Of a stretch of 64,000 nt of DNA, positions 62,918 to 64,000 are shown one piece after another. The position numbers and the translations under genes are program-made. The notes beneath the pieces were generated by a model. That model searched no databases, had not been told where the DNA came from, and was given only the letters and a program-made list of their open reading frames with translations. Source of the stretch: Scyliorhinus canicula (Eukaryota); the NCBI RefSeq assembly GCF_902713615.1, contig NC_052157.1, positions 113,291,524 through 113,355,523 of the forward strand, given 5' to 3'. The stretch's first letter is position 1, and every line of letters starts with the position of its first letter.

Positions 62918-63768
62918 TGTGATGAATGTAGAATTTCAAATATATTATATTAAATGTATTTGGTGCAGCAGGGATTAAAGGCCTGGGCTCGTGTGTGTAT
63001 GACTACTGCATTAGTGTTTTTAAAAATCCTGGTTTGCAAGGCAGCTGGATCTTTTGGGAGCCAGAGGTGTAATTAAAGCATCGCAGAAGTTTGGGTTAAT
63101 GGATTGTTGTTTGGAATGAAAAGGGTTCCCTGTAGACATTGTGTTTCAGCTTAGTAAGATGATGTAACAAATGGGAGGAGCTAGAGTACCAGGAATTTTG
63201 CAGAAAAACAGTATAGTTGTTGGGATGGGATGCTCACCATACAGTTAAAGATCTCTCTGTGGACAAACTGGCAGTTTCTTTCCAAACAGCTCAGTTAGTT
63301 TTGTGGCTGGAAGGCAAGCAACAACAAGCAGCTTCTGAAGAAGTTATTCTGCATTGTTCTAACAGGGTCAGGTTCCATTCTTGAAAGCAGTCTCCAAAAG
63401 ATCTCTCTTTCTCAAAGTAGAGTATCTAAACATCTGTGTACAGCAAATATTCCTGAATGCTAACTGTATTTAAAAGTGGATTGGGGTCGGAGATGGTTCT
63501 GTTGTTTGAGTAGAAGTAAAGATAGCAGTTAAGAGTTATTGTGCCACTGTATTGCTTAGCATTGTTTAAGGGGTAATTGTAAGCTATTTTCTTGTGTTTT
63601 AATACTGTGTTAATAAAGTTTGTTTTAATATACCATATCTCTGTTTTGCGTGGAATCAGTCCTGGACCGAGGTATCCTTTCCTCACAGTCTTACAAAATT
63701 ATATTAAATACTGGGTTTCTGTCCAGTGTCCCTGGCAGTGTTGGGATCTGGTCCGGGATTGCAATACA
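62918..63768 (+). mobile_element. LTR-like element (old)
   Basis: Starts TGTGATG, has AATAAA near 63612, and its 3' end resembles the LTR-like end at about 31250-31411. No clear TSD. Confidence 0.4.
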
Positions 63769-64000
63769 ATCTTACGACAGTTATAATAGAAATATTATAG
63801 GTAAACTTCAAACATGGCCATTGTACCCTCCTGCCAGTAACAGTGCTGCAAAAGGGGAAGTAATGAGCACTTAGTGTATTTTCATTCTAAAGGTGCATAT
63901 TTTCCCCCCATTTCTCATTACTGGATTTTGAATTTTTTTCACCCAACATAGTCAGGCTTGTGATAGGTTAAACTAGGATGCAATCCTGCGTGTACACAAA

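Overview
Vertebrate genomic DNA, most likely a shark; this is inferred from the HE1/V-SINE, CR1 and Penelope-like repeat complement. One host gene is supported: the 3' part of the nucleoporin POM121 on the minus strand. It is read as 9 coding exons from 62725 down to the stop at 8041 (2682 nt, 893 aa, all GT-AG, frame continuous). The 5' exons, including the transmembrane segment, lie beyond the window. The introns are mostly transposable elements: three G-rich L1-clade LINEs with clear TSDs (one nested inside another), a young 5'-truncated CR1 with an uninterrupted ORF2, older CR1 pieces, about 20 SINEs, solo-LTR-like elements and Penelope-like remnants. Two non-autonomous DNA transposons are the most unusual structures. 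One is a TA-flanked Tigger/pogo-like element with an array of hairpins whose loops alternate orientation, plus a 1.3-kb G-rich minisatellite. The other is a GG...CC foldback-type element with an 8-bp TSD and 16-bp subterminal tandem arrays. No novel protein-coding system, RNA gene or CRISPR array is supported. Family names come from recalled motifs, not database searches.
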